From Phyllobates terribilis (Eukaryota): a stretch of 64,000 nucleotides of DNA. The first letter of the stretch is position 1, and each line of letters begins with the position of its first letter. The stretch is from NCBI RefSeq assembly GCF_046119375.1, contig NW_027362764.1:164548001-164612000 (forward strand), in the 5' to 3' direction. A program made the position numbers and the translations under genes. Under the pieces are notes generated by a model, which ran no database searches, was not told where the DNA came from, and worked only from the letters and a program-made list of their open reading frames with translations. Below, in pieces: positions 13,854 to 26,200 of this stretch.

Positions 13854-15089
13854 TTAAATTACTGTATTTTCCTTTTTTTATAACAATGAGATTTTGGTGC
13901 TTTCTAGGCAATATTAACCTATGCTTGAAGCTCTTTTGTCCTGACTTTCCATATATTTATTATTTCTAAATGCCATGGATAAAGAATAAAAAAAAAAAAA
14001 CATTTCTAAATATGCTCAGAAATAATGGCCAAATACAATGGAAAGTTACAAATCCCTATTCCTGACTAGTTCAGTGATCTATACAAGCGATTCATATCAC
14101 ATGACTGTAGAAGCAAACTGCTGAGAAGTAGTGAAATAAAGTCACAGCGTCTTAGCTTCTAAGGTTACATAATAATAATAAATACAATAACAAGCAATTA
14201 AATCCGACAACAACATAACCGGCGTGTTTAGATTGGAGTCTCAATACAAATGTAAGAAATGCTCCTATTAATATACTCTGCGGAGAGCGATATCAGGGTG
14301 AAAGCCTAGCTGCTGGACACACCTTTGGCGTTGTGTTATTTTATGCTATTCATACCACTTCTGTTGTTTATATAAAACATTTTTTGTTTTCTTTTCCAAG
14401 AAGAATGCTGCCAGTCGCTTGGGGCAGGGGTGTTTATCAAGCCGTGTATCTTGAAGTCTGACATAAAATCCGTGGCCTTTAGTACAGCTGAAAAACATTC
14501 TGTCAACACCTAACAGAGAGCAAACCCATGGCGTTGGCTAGGGACCAGGCAGCTTTTTTAGGATAGAGTGCAGGGAATGGATGAAAATTTGAGCCTAGGC
14601 CAAAAGCTACAAAAAGACATGCAAACCTTTTCCATCTACTCTGTTTAATTTCTAGAAAGCATCCAAACCACAAATCAGCCAGCCCTTATGTGAAAAGGCT
14701 ACTCTTTCTCCATTTCGGAAAAGTGCTTTTGACTGTAGTCAGATGAATAAATCATTATATTAGACCTGAAAGTGTCTGTCAGTGGTGTCTCGAATTCTGC
14801 AAAAATGGTGTGATTTTCTATTGTACTACTGAATCTGTAACTCAAATGGGTAAAGACGGACCTAGTACAATGAAAATAATATAAGCTAATATTATGAAAT
14901 TATGCATCTGGATTTTTGCTTTGATGGATGCAAGGTTTCAAAGTTGCCAGCCAAAATTTCCCTTTTTTTCTGGACAACTTGTCAAAAAAAATAAAACAAT
15001 AGTTTTTATAGACAAACTGGGAAACCATAATGAATAAAAAAAGATAATAAGTAGTACAGCTGTAGCTCAATTAGGCATCTGTACCTTTA

Positions 15090-16296
15090 CAGCCTGTGGC
15101 ATATTAGTACACCCCAGGCCATCACCCCCTGTTCAGTGCGGGCTCCGGCGCTGAGCCCACACTGAACCGGGCACATCTCAGCTGATTATTACAGCTGACA
15201 TGGGCCCGCAACAGCCGCGGGTGGAATCACGATCCACCCGCGGCTGTTAACATGTTAAATGCCGCTATCAATCTCTGACAGCGGTATTTAACAGCGCCGG
15301 AAGCGCTTCACTTACCCCGCCCATCGGTGACCCCGTCACGTGATCGCGGGTCACCGATGTGTGGGCATGACAACCCAGGGTCTGCAGTAGACCAGTAGAC
15401 TCCAGTGGTTGTCATGAGCTGGTCGCTATGAGCGCCACCTAGTGGTCGGCGCTCATAGCACAGGAGCATTTTTGGTACATAGAGGTGATCTGTTCATCAC
15501 CTCTAAGTAGCAGAGGCGATTGGACAGTTGCTGCTTCTAGTCTCCTATGGAGACTATAGAAGCAAGCAAAAAGTGTAAAAAAAATGTTTTTAAAAATGTT
15601 AAAAAAATAAAAAATATATAAAAGTTTAAATCACCCCCCTTTCACCCTATTAAAAATAAATTAATAAAAAAAAAAACACATACACATATTTGGTATCGCC
15701 GCGTTCAGAATCGCCCGATCTATCAATATAAAAAAATAATTAATCCGATCGGTAAACGGCGTAACGATAAAAAAATTCTAAACACCAGAATTACGTTTTT
15801 TGGTCGCTGCAACATTGCAATAAAATGCAATAACGGGCAATCAAAACATCGGATCTACCCCAAAATGGTATCAATAAAAACTTCAGCTCGGTGTGCAAAA
15901 AATAAGCCCCCACCAAGCCCCAGATCACAAAAAATGGAGACGCTACGAGTCTTGGAAAATGGCACCATTTATTTATTTATTTATTTATTTATTTAGCAAG
16001 CTTTGGATTTTTTTTCACCACTTAAATAAAAAAGAACTTATACATGTGGTAAAAAAAAAAAAACATCTGTGGTATTGCACTTTTTTTACAATTTCACCGC
16101 ACTTGGAATTTTTTTCCCGTTTTCCTGTACACGATATGGTAAAACCAGTAATGTCGTTCAAAAGTACAACTAGTCCTGCAAAAAATAAGCCCTCACACGG
16201 CCATATTGACCAAAAAATAAAAACGCTATGGCTCTGGGAACAAGGGGAGCAAAAAACGAAAATGCAAAAACGGAAAATCCCAGGGTCCTTAAGGTG
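15090..16296. mobile_element. Non-autonomous piggyBac-like element; left end eroded
   Basis: Right end GGTCCTTAAGGTG followed by TTAA at 16297-16300; CpG-rich block of internal hairpins (CAGCCGCGGGTGGA...TCCACCCGCGGCTG; ATCGGTGACCC...GGGTCACCGAT) then an A-rich body. Family assignment is by resemblance only. Confidence 0.6.
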
Positions 16297-16300
16297 TTAA

Positions 16301-16686
16301 AGGGGTTGTCCGGCCTTAGCTTACAAGTCTGCAGTCACTCTATGTGACTGCAGACTTGTGAATCTTCACATCGAGCATACTGCATACTGTGAGGATTCTC
16401 TGGCGTCGGGAGTCATATGAATAGCAAATATGCGATTTGCATACTGCCGGACACATTTCGACTAGACTTTGTCCAGTCTCGATCAATAAACTTGCATTAA
16501 GCGAAGCCGCACCCATCTAGCCAGTACGTGACCACATGTATGCAAATCACATACTTGTAGTCACGCACCCACCGCTACCCACACCAGAGAATCCTCACAG
16601 CACGCAGTATGCTCGATGTGAGGATTCACAAGTCTGCAGTCACATATAGAGACTGCAGACTTGTACCCTAAAGCCAGACAACCCCT
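16301..16686. mobile_element. Kolobok/T2-type palindromic MITE
   Basis: AGGGGTTGTC / GACAACCCCT termini; TTAA on both sides; ~100-bp inverted arms, each containing its own hairpin. Confidence 0.9.
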
Positions 16687-17090
16687 TTAATATACTGATA
16701 ATAGCTCATTACCTGCATTTACTGTGTGAACTGTAAATGTATGATCATTTCAATCACAATGATCTGCTGCAGTATCACCAACCTGAAAAAGTCTAGGGTT
16801 TTTTTTACTGACAGTGGAAAAAGTGTCCCATTTTTGCAGACTGTTCAGGGATTTCTTGAAAGGATGGATGCCCCAAAATGCCAGGTGTTAATGCCATAAT
16901 GGTTATAGGTCATCTTTTTTTTTCAAGTGGGTAAGTGATAAAACCAGAGAATTTCATCTTTTCAAGTCGAGACTTAACATCACATATACAGTATGTAATG
17001 GAAGGGAATTTTAATAATGACCCACATATAAATTCTCAGATCTGTCAATGTGAAAAAGAAAAGTAGGTGAAATATATTTTAGCAATGGCA

Positions 17091-17243
17091 TCTGATGGAC
17101 AAGTCTGTGTTTGGTGAATGCCAGGAGAACATTACCCGGTTTCGTGCATTTTCTAACTGTAAAGTTTGGTGGAGGAAAGATAATGTTCTGGGGCTGTTTT
17201 TCAGGGGTTGGCCTAGGTCCTTTAGATCTAGTAAATTAAAATC
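17091..17243 (+). pseudogene. Tc1 transposase catalytic-domain fragment
   Basis: Translates, with a stop and a frameshift, to SDGQVCVW*MPGEHY...TVKFGGGKIMFWGCFSGVGLGPL; interrupted by a TTAA MITE at 17244. Confidence 0.8.
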
Positions 17244-17247
17244 TTAA

Positions 17248-17575
17248 AGGGAATATGTCAGCAGGCATTTGCTATGTGATCTGAGGACAGCATGACGAGG
17301 GGTTTAAATACTGAATTCAATGATATGTCAATTATCAGGCTGTGTGCTGTTGTTTACTTACAGTGAAGGTTTTATCACCTGGTGATTAACATTGCTGTGA
17401 CTGCACACACTTATTAGTCTGACTCCACCCCCTCCTATGATAAGCAGCTCACTGTCAATAGACAATGGAAATTCAGATCCTGGTGTTGGAGTGGTTAGCT
17501 GTGGTGGTGGGGGGGGTTAGCTTTCTCAGCTCTGCTACTTGCTAAGTCAAAAAACTCTGATTTTGTCAGAACTGA
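17248..17575 (+). mobile_element. Kolobok-type MITE, partial
   Basis: TTAA followed by an AGGGAATATGTCAGCAGG terminus; right end not found. Confidence 0.55.
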
Positions 17576-17894
17576 TGCAGACATACATTTTTTTCATTAA
17601 TATTGGACATTATGGTTGTTTAAAGTAGCCATCAATGTCCAGTCCCACCAGCAGAAGGAAGAATGATTGTTCCGGAGTCGCATCAAAAATTCCCCGGCCA
17701 GAGTGCACATCACAAGGTTGCAGCCTTTGGCTGAGCTTCACCAGAGTAAAAACATGGCAGTGACTGGGGCCTTCAGCAGACCCCCGTTTGCCATGGTTAT
17801 CAATTGGTGCCCCACGAAGGTGTTGCGGGTGGCCAATGAGATCCAGTGCACGCGCACGCACAGGGGCATGTTCCATTTAAAAGCCACTGTCAGA

Positions 17895-18086
17895 TATTGA
17901 CAGCTGTATATAAATGGTTAACAGCAGCGCTCAGAGCTCTGCTCTCTCTGCAGCTGTTACATTTTGATGCCGGCTATCTAATGTAAACGCCATCTACTGT
18001 ATGTGGAGGCAACTCAGCTCCTGAGCCCTCTTCCCATGCTGTAACCCCTGCTATAATGTACATGTATGTGATTTTACCTTAAAGGG
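17895..18086. mobile_element. piggyBac-like terminal fragment
   Basis: Ends CCTTAAAGGG followed by TTAA (18087-18090), similar to the end at 16296. Confidence 0.45.
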
Positions 18087-19593
18087 TTAAGTGTCTCATA
18101 TAGGAAAACAGATTTTGAGCACCATTGGGGACAAGGATTGATGTAATTACTGTAAAGGACTTACTGAATATGTTGGCACACAGTAAGAAATAAATAACAA
18201 TAATAACCAATCATTTTATTTATAATGTCAGCAACATACTACAAATAAAATGATATGATCTCGTCCTGTTACAGAGCGCTCAGAAAGAGTAGACATTAAT
18301 AGAAATACAAGTCGAAGATTTGGGTGGGAAAAATACAACCGTCCTGGAAAAACTAGGACACATGGGAGCCCTTAGTATGTCCAACAAGAAAGAACAACAA
18401 ACTGTACATAGCAGCGTGTAAGACAGCAAGTGACATAGAAAAACAAATGATATTATTACTATTAGGGGGGCTCAGCGTTCCTCCCCGCTCCTCTGTATGG
18501 AATATGACACAAAACAACTGACTCCAAAGACAATTAGCACAAGACCCCTTCTGTTTTTGTGGAAATTGTGCTTGTAATTGGCCAATAGTTCAAACAGACA
18601 TTGCCTAATCTGGTAGTCATCAGTCACTAGCGTTCACACCCAGCTAGACTTCCTGCATTACAGCAATGCCTGGGAGATTGTCATCTCAGTCCAGCGGATC
18701 CCATCTCTCCCACAAGACATTGTCGTCTGCGCTGGGCACCGTGCCCTGCGGTGACTGGTCCTATCATTTACTTCATGTACACAGCCAATATTCCATGAAA
18801 TCAGCGTGGATGAAGGCGTTGGAAAGGCTAAAGACTGCAGATGCCGGCCTCGGGAGGAGCGCTGCTGTCTCCTTAATTGGTCAATATTTGTGCCCAGACA
18901 TACAAGTCACACTTCTGTAATTCTCTTATGTAGAAATATGACGACTCTCTCCACAGCGGAGGGAAAAATCTCCACAACGTTCAAAAAGGACAACCCTATA
19001 GAATTACTTCTTCAAATAGACTCAAGACGTGTTTGCTTCTTTCTTTTCACCCAAGGCTCTGACTTGAATTGAAACCCAAGCAGCAGGGAGTGGCTCTTTC
19101 TTTGCACAAATAAATAACCTGGCCTAAGCCCTTTCCCAGGCACTAAATGAGTAACACAAACTCACAATAGAAAAGATAGCTGAAGGGCTTCTTCATGGAG
19201 GCCAAATCCTTTTGTGTGGTTTAACAAAAGAAAACCCACAAGAAAGCAACAGAGTAATCTGAACTTGTCTGTCTGTGCACACCGAGTGATCAACTTTATG
19301 TTTTATACTATGTAGATAGACGGNNNNNNNNNNNNNNNNNNNNNNNNNNNNNNNNNNNNNNNNNNNNNNNNNNNNNNNNNNNNNNNNNNNNNNNNNNNNN
19401 NNNNNNNNNNNNNNNNNNNNNNNNNNNNNNNNNNNNNNNNNNNNNNNNNNNNNNNNNNNNNNNNNNNNNNNNNNNNNNNNNNNNNNNNNNNNNNNNNNNN
19501 NNNNNNNNNNNNNNNNNNNNNNNNNNNNNNNNNNNNNNNNNNNNNNNNNNNNNNNNNNNNNNNNNNNNNNNNNNNNNNNNNNNNNNNNNNNNN

Positions 19594-20050
19594 TACAGGC
19601 AGATCCTGAGCCGGTACAGACTGAACACCCACAGTCTACTCATCGAATCCGGGCGGCACCGACAGAACTTCAAGCCCCGAGAGCGCAGACTCTGCCAGCA
19701 GTGTCCCCAGGAGGCCGTGGAGGATGAGGCCCACTTCTTGCTGAGGTGCCACAAATACTCCACAGTGAGGGACACTCACTTCATGAGACTGTCCATTCTT
19801 CTCCCAGACTTCACCTCCATGGAGGAGGAAGACAAACTGCCTATACTACTGGGTGAAGAGGAAAGTTCAGCGGCCATAGCAGCACAATATGTCAGTGCCT
19901 GCCACAGACTAAGAGGAGCCTGATATGTCATGGACTCAGATACCCCACCCTGGATGTGTCCCTATCCCCATCCCCCCATTATTTTACCACTTGTTTTGGC
20001 AATGCTAACATGTACTTAGTCCTGCCAATAAAGCCCATTTGATTTGATTT
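19594..20050 (+). mobile_element. 3' end of an L2-group (Crack/Daphne-like) LINE; 5' part lost in a gap
   Basis: Open frame 19594-19923 YRQILSRYRLNTHSLLIESGRH...RLCQQCPQEAVEDEAHFLLRC (C-x2-C-x9-H-x4-C); 3' UTR with a TTGGCA...TGCCAA stem, AATAAA and an (ATTTG)n tail. Confidence 0.8.
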
Positions 20051-20051
20051 A

Positions 20052-20062
20052 ATAGATAGATG

Positions 20063-20113
<51 letters not shown>

Positions 20114-20444
20114 CATGGATAGATAGAGAGAGATATATTATATTTTGCACAGCAACTTTTTCATTCCAATCACACTACTATAGTTCAACATAATATAATC
20201 TCCTGAAAATGTATGACAGGTGACAGACATAGTGCAGTTATCCATTACCAGGTCAAGGATTTGTATTTTATTTTATTCCATATATTCACAAAAGATAAAA
20301 ATAGAAATGGCTTTTTACAAAATAAAATCCCTTGGCACACCACAAACTGCCCGACCTTGGGTTTCACCTCTATTTGGACTTTGTTTTTTGGGCAAATTTA
20401 TTTCAGTCTTGCTCAGAATATCAGATCAGATAGATAGATATGGG

Positions 20445-20516
<72 letters not shown>
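20052..20516. repeat. (GATA)n microsatellites at 20052-20130 and 20425-20516
   Basis: Direct reading. Further (GATA)n tracts at about 28436-28580, 39508-39560, 42093-42148 and 48299-48378. Confidence 0.97.
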
Positions 20517-20517
<1 letters not shown>

Positions 20518-21509
20518 AAATTTTGTTTTACTATTAAAAAAAATACCCATCACATTATAAATTATTTCGCTAGCGCTCAAAACAGAACATTTCTATAGGA
20601 TTTCTAGCTAATTAGTGCACTTCCTTAGGTTTGGGCCCTGTGCAATTATATTTGCGTACTAACAAACATCTGGATTTTTTAATGGCCTAGAGTAATTAAA
20701 AGCCATCTGAAACACTTATTAATAACTGCTTGATTGTGATAGCTCCAATTCACTACAAGCATTTTGTGTGGGATTTGAACCAGCACCGGCTAAACTTCCT
20801 CTGAGCTGTTTTTACTGCCCTGCGAGAGTGTTAATTCCTTGTGTAGACTGGCTTGTAAATGTATGAATCCATTGTACTCAGAAAATGTGTCCGTTTATAG
20901 GGTGAAAATGAAGAAAACATGTTTATTAAAGGAAACTAGGTATTCGCTGCCAAGGATATATTGGCATATGCCATAATTCAATTTCAAAATTGCCAACAGA
21001 ATCAATCTGATGTAATTCTGGTAATCAAATTAACCAATTTCAAGAAATACTTTCTTTCGCCTTTTATATTTTTCAAATGTATAACATTAAAACATATAAT
21101 CACACATAAAATGCTGAAAGATTGCAGAACTGCGGGCAGAAAGTCACTTCACAGGCATTGTGTTTGGGTGCCCTCTAGTGGCCTTGTCATATATTTTCAG
21201 AATTTCAATCTGAGTTTTCTTGATGATCATAGTTTACTATTTTAACAAAGTGACGTGTGAAATAAATGGTTAAATTGGGCTAGATTTTAAAAAAGAATAT
21301 GTTGTAATCTACTTTGTAGCATTAAACACCTACACCATTGTGGATAATTGTAGATAGGGCCACAACAAAGACCACCGAACTGTAGAAAGTTCGAAATACG
21401 AAAGGGAGGGTATTTAATAGTTTTGATCTGCAGTGATACATATATCAACGCTATGTAAATTATGATGATAAGTGATATATTATTACATAATGTTAATTAA
21501 AAGATATAT

Positions 21510-21513
21510 ACAT

Positions 21514-21573
<60 letters not shown>

Positions 21574-22673
21574 TTACATATATATATTTATTTATGGTGT
21601 GGGGACAATTAGCAAAAAAAAAGTACCCTTTCCAATGCAATTTTGGATAGTTGTCTCAAAAAAGATTTACAATATATATGTTTGGAAGTATCCCAGGAGG
21701 CACAACTTAAAATTCAGTAACACTTTTACTAATATCTGCAGTTTGCCTATGGGAGCCCATTAGGTATTGTTTAAAAAATTTAAAAAATATTATGTCTGTC
21801 CCCTTTTTTTTAGGTGACCCGTTTCTGCATACGTAGAGATACATATGTTGACATTTAATAAACTACTGGTAAAATTGATAATAAAATATAAGTGCCAATG
21901 AAGGCAGCAATTAGTGGATGATTCCTGCAGTGCTCAATGGGTTACATTCTCCCTCTTTCAAAACATTTTACTGATGATTTACAAGGGTGCATGTCACAAG
22001 CTTCTGGAAACTAGCCAGGCGGCTGAAATCCGATATATGTTAGGCCACAGACCTTGCAAACCATGTCAATCGTCAGAAGGTAGCCTGCTAGGCATCAGTC
22101 TGCCTGCAAAGAGGGTCGGGATTAGTGTGAGAGCTAACAGCAAATACATCTCTGGGGAGTAAGAGAGGTGGAGAGACAGAGAGTGTGCTGGAGGGGGCTG
22201 AGGAGGAGGAGGAGGACAGGGGGATGGAGAGCAGCGAGGAACTCTAGCAGAAAGCTGGAGGAAATTAAAAATAGAAAAGGACAGGTAACTGCAGGACTAA
22301 AGTGAATATATGGGAACACTTATGTGTGTGACTATGTGTCTTTAGTATTTGGATTTATATTATTTCTATAACTATCCTTATTTTTTATGCTTTTCTATAT
22401 ATTGCCAACTATTCCACAGCACTCTACAGACATCATTATCCCTGTCCCCATTGGGGCTCACAATCTAAATTCCCTATCAGTATGTCTTTGGNNNNNNNNN
22501 NNNNNNNNNNNNNNNNNNNNNNNNNNNNNNNNNNNNNNNNNNNNNNNNNNNNNNNNNNNNNNNNNNNNNNNNNNNNNNNNNNNNNNNNNNNNNNNNNNNN
22601 NNNNNNNNNNNNNNNNNNNNNNNNNNNNNNNNNNNTATATGAGCCACTCTATCTGTACTTATGTATAATGTGT

Positions 22674-22725
<52 letters not shown>

Positions 22726-22850
22726 TCGCACACATCTACATATAAACAGATGGCCTGGCTGTTCATGCCGATGATATCCTATGAGCGCAGTAAATCTACG
22801 GAGCTAACCACTGAGCCACACTATATATATGTATATTAAAAATGCATACG

Positions 22851-22896
<46 letters not shown>

Positions 22897-22970
22897 CTGT
22901 ATATATATATATATGAGCCATGCTATCTGTATATATGTAAATGTGTGAGCATACATATATATATATATAT
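21510..22970. repeat. (TA)n microsatellites at 21510-21590 and 22636-22970 (compound)
   Basis: Direct reading. Further (TA)n tracts at about 33390-33440, 34524-34585, 53247-53300 and 63620-63676. Confidence 0.95.
22385..22491 (-). mobile_element. SINE 3' fragment running into a gap
   Basis: ATTCCACAGCACTCTACA...GGGGCTCACAATCTAAATTCCCTATCAGTATGTCTTTGG, the reverse complement of the SINE tail. Confidence 0.85.
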
Positions 22971-23177
22971 TGAGATAAATGGATTCTGGAGGCGCTCCCG
23001 TGGAAGAAAGAGTAACCAAAAAATTGTTGAATCTTCCATATGAGATGCAATCACATGGAGGATATTCCACCATGGATTAATATTTATAGGTTTATTAAAA
23101 AATCATAAAACCGTGAATACACATAAGGGACATGGATGTACAAAAAGGGAAGGGAGAAGGGAGTCTTTAAAAAGGAT

Positions 23178-23218
23178 CACACAACGCGTTTCTGCTCATA
23201 GAGCCTTCATCAGGTGTG
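23178..23218 (-). ncRNA. Minimal type I hammerhead ribozyme motif (Penelope/retrozyme-type)
   Basis: Minus strand CACAC-CUGAUGA-A-GGCUC-UAU-GAGCA-GAAA-CGCG-UU-GUGUG: intact core, 5-bp stem I, palindromic ACGCGU stem III. The stem II closing pair is G-A instead of G-C. Confidence 0.72.
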
Positions 23219-26200
23219 TACAATGTATTACTACACATATATAATGATATTTAGCTTTTTTTACATCAACTTCAAATGTCCAACCTCGTCAGTTTCCTCC
23301 CCCACTTTCCAAATGGCTATACATTTAAACTTTTCTCCAAAAATGTAAGCTCTATGATAACTATAAAAATGATACAATTTAATTCAATTAAATTATATAT
23401 ATTATTGTGTACAGATAAGAAGGCAGCGGGGAAATAAACACAAAAATACTTATTACACAATATTACACCTAAAATCTTTTTTTCATTAATAATAATAATT
23501 TTCTTTTATATGGCACCAAAATATTCTGCAGCAATTTAAAATGTATTTTTCTAACTAGTTATCTAGATTTCTATATTTCAAAATATAGAAAATCAAAATG
23601 CTAAAAAAATACATGGAATAAAGATAATAAGGATCCATGATTAAACTTTACTGGAACTAACCAACTTGTTCCATACAAGTGTAGAAGTATCTAAAAAGTT
23701 TCAATAAAAACATTTCACATGTGTGTTAATATTTTATATTTATTTTATATTAATCATATTTTCAAACTGTTACTATGATGACAGTGATCTATAATAATGG
23801 AGATAATTATATTTGTATAGTTATGTATTATTAGTATATTATTATTACTGTCTTTTAGGTTTTTTTATGCTTCTTTTTTAAAGCAAACTTCCTTAATATT
23901 TAGCACATTACTGAACAGCTGTATTTCTTAAAAGGCAGCCGCCAGCTACCAGTTTCGTGCTAAATATTTTGCAGTTAAGAAGTCCTAAATCTAGTGTGGA
24001 GAAAAATTACCCTAACTCCAAAAATAACATATTCCGTGTTTTCTCTAATTATACGTCTTGTAGGCAATTATTACATGTGATATTTTTAGGAACTTAACAG
24101 ACGGCAGTTTTCCATAGAGTTTATGTTAAAAAGATTGGGTCGGCAAGAAAAAAAAAAAGTTTCTAATTTGATGCTGTGGAATTCCTTCTTTTGTTTGGAG
24201 AAAAGTCATTGGAGAATGTGTAAATAGCAGTGATCAGCAAAAGAACAAAGAACGTCTCTCCCTGGGCCATAAGGACAACAATGCTTCCAAGCCATCGCGT
24301 TTCCCATGTTAACGACCATTTTAATTACTAATATGAAGATACGTGTTTTATATTGTACAAATAAATAGCAGGTCATAATCAAGAGTGAGATGTGTGGGAG
24401 ATAAATACATAATGGAACATTAAATTATACAGCTATTACTCTCCAGCCATAACATAACCACCCACCAAATCCCTGCAGGGTCTTTAGTTATATCTGCTTT
24501 TATGATTGCTATAAATCGTTATTGTGGACGACTTAGAGGAAGGCGACCGTATTAGGATCAGCTGAAAAAGCACAAAAAAAATATATATATTTTACTATTT
24601 TTAAAAAATGTCAGTTACAGAAATATGGATTACATTAATTAAATCAATAGAAATGATTGTAGATATAAAGGCGTGAATTGAACGGTTTCCCTAAAAATAT
24701 GGATTACTTTAATACAACTTACCATTAAGGGATATAATTGATACAAAGTTTCTATTAATGATAAAAAGAATAATCNNNNNNNNNNNNNNNNNNNNNNNNN
24801 NNNNNNNNNNNNNNNNNNNNNNNNNNNNNNNNNNNNNNNNNNNNNNNNNNNNNNNNNNNNNNNNNNNNNNNNNNNNNNNNNNNNNNNNNNNNNNNNNNNN
24901 NNNNNNNNNNNNNNNNNNNNNNNNNNNNNNNNNNNNNNNNNNNNNNNNNNNNNNNNNNNNNNNNNNNNNNNNNNNNTGATAGATTATTGTAATATTTCGC
25001 TTTAAAAACCTTTCATTTTTAAGAAGACATTGTAAAAAGTTTATTTCACGGAGATTTACGTCTGAGAAATGATTGCATGTGTGGTCCGACAGTCGATTTT
25101 GCGCCCCTGTGTGATAGACTTGTAAAATTGCATGCATCTGCTCATTGTAAAGAGTTTTAGCACAGGCGGTCGGCTTCTGAACTTGTTTTCCGCGTGTAAA
25201 AAAAAAAATAACATTTTCTAAAATTAAAATAAAAGTTAAATGCTTTTTGATTAAAAAAAATCCATAGTAAAAAATCTGCAGGAAAAGAACTCTATGATAT
25301 AATGCACAAGTAAATACTTTTATTCTAAAAATACAAAAGTATTCTAGAAGTGATACTTTTATTGGGCAACCAAAATAACGTGTACCTTTCTCTTTTTTTA
25401 TGGGCATAAAAGTATTTACATATAGTTTTCTGGCTAACAGAGTATCACAATCTAATTTTTTTTATTGTAAATTGGCTTAAAGCATAAAATAGAAAATGTG
25501 ATTTGAAAAAAGACATGTATATTGGGTAAATGAACACCAGAGGGCGCCACAATACTCAATCTCAAACCCTCCCTCTGATGTCATAAGTACAACCCCCTTC
25601 AATTTACATATGTAATCTCATTGGTTAATGCTGCACTGACACATCACATTGAGCTGAAAACCAATCGCTGGCTTGTAGTGATTGTATTGGTTCACAGCAT
25701 GGCTGTCAATCAAACCAAATTTGCATACTAAGGCTCAGCAGTGCATGAGCTGTCAGTGTGCGTCTAACCACGGAGCAGGCAATGTGTAGCCATAGAAAGT
25801 ATAGGAAACCTAATGCAGCCCACTATATAGACATGAAGCCTATCAGAAGCGACATGCAAAGAGTTATCCATCTCATTACTTCAGAGCAGCTGCCTATACA
25901 CTCTACACTCATAGTCACAAGTGTTCACAGGATTTTGTTCTGGGGGGTTTTTTTGGTGCTTTTGTTTTGCTTTTTTTTTATATTAAAAATTACATTTATG
26001 GTTTACATTTATTTTGAAATTATTTATATTTAAAAAAATAGATGCATTATTCTGTTAATTTATTTTAAATAAAAATATTATTGGGGGTTAAAAAGTTAAA
26101 CATTTTTTTAACCAATAATTAAATAATCGTTCAATTGTATCACGTTTTTGTATTAATTTCATTTACATTTTTAATTTAATATTAAATTAATTTCTGTCAT

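Noticed and set aside
17610-17900. GC-richer overlapping ORFs, with similar ones at 18666-19072, 27405-27772, 29393-29632, 31626-31967, 50243-50735 and 59258-59563
   Set aside because: No recognisable domains or consistent splice signals; treated as chance ORFs in unique or old repeat DNA.
19303-19775. ORFs containing long X runs, here and at the other gaps
   Set aside because: Artefacts of translating through N gaps.
22790-22822. tRNA-like A box (GTGGCTCAGTGGTTAG, minus strand)
   Set aside because: No B box or cloverleaf; embedded in a compound TA repeat.
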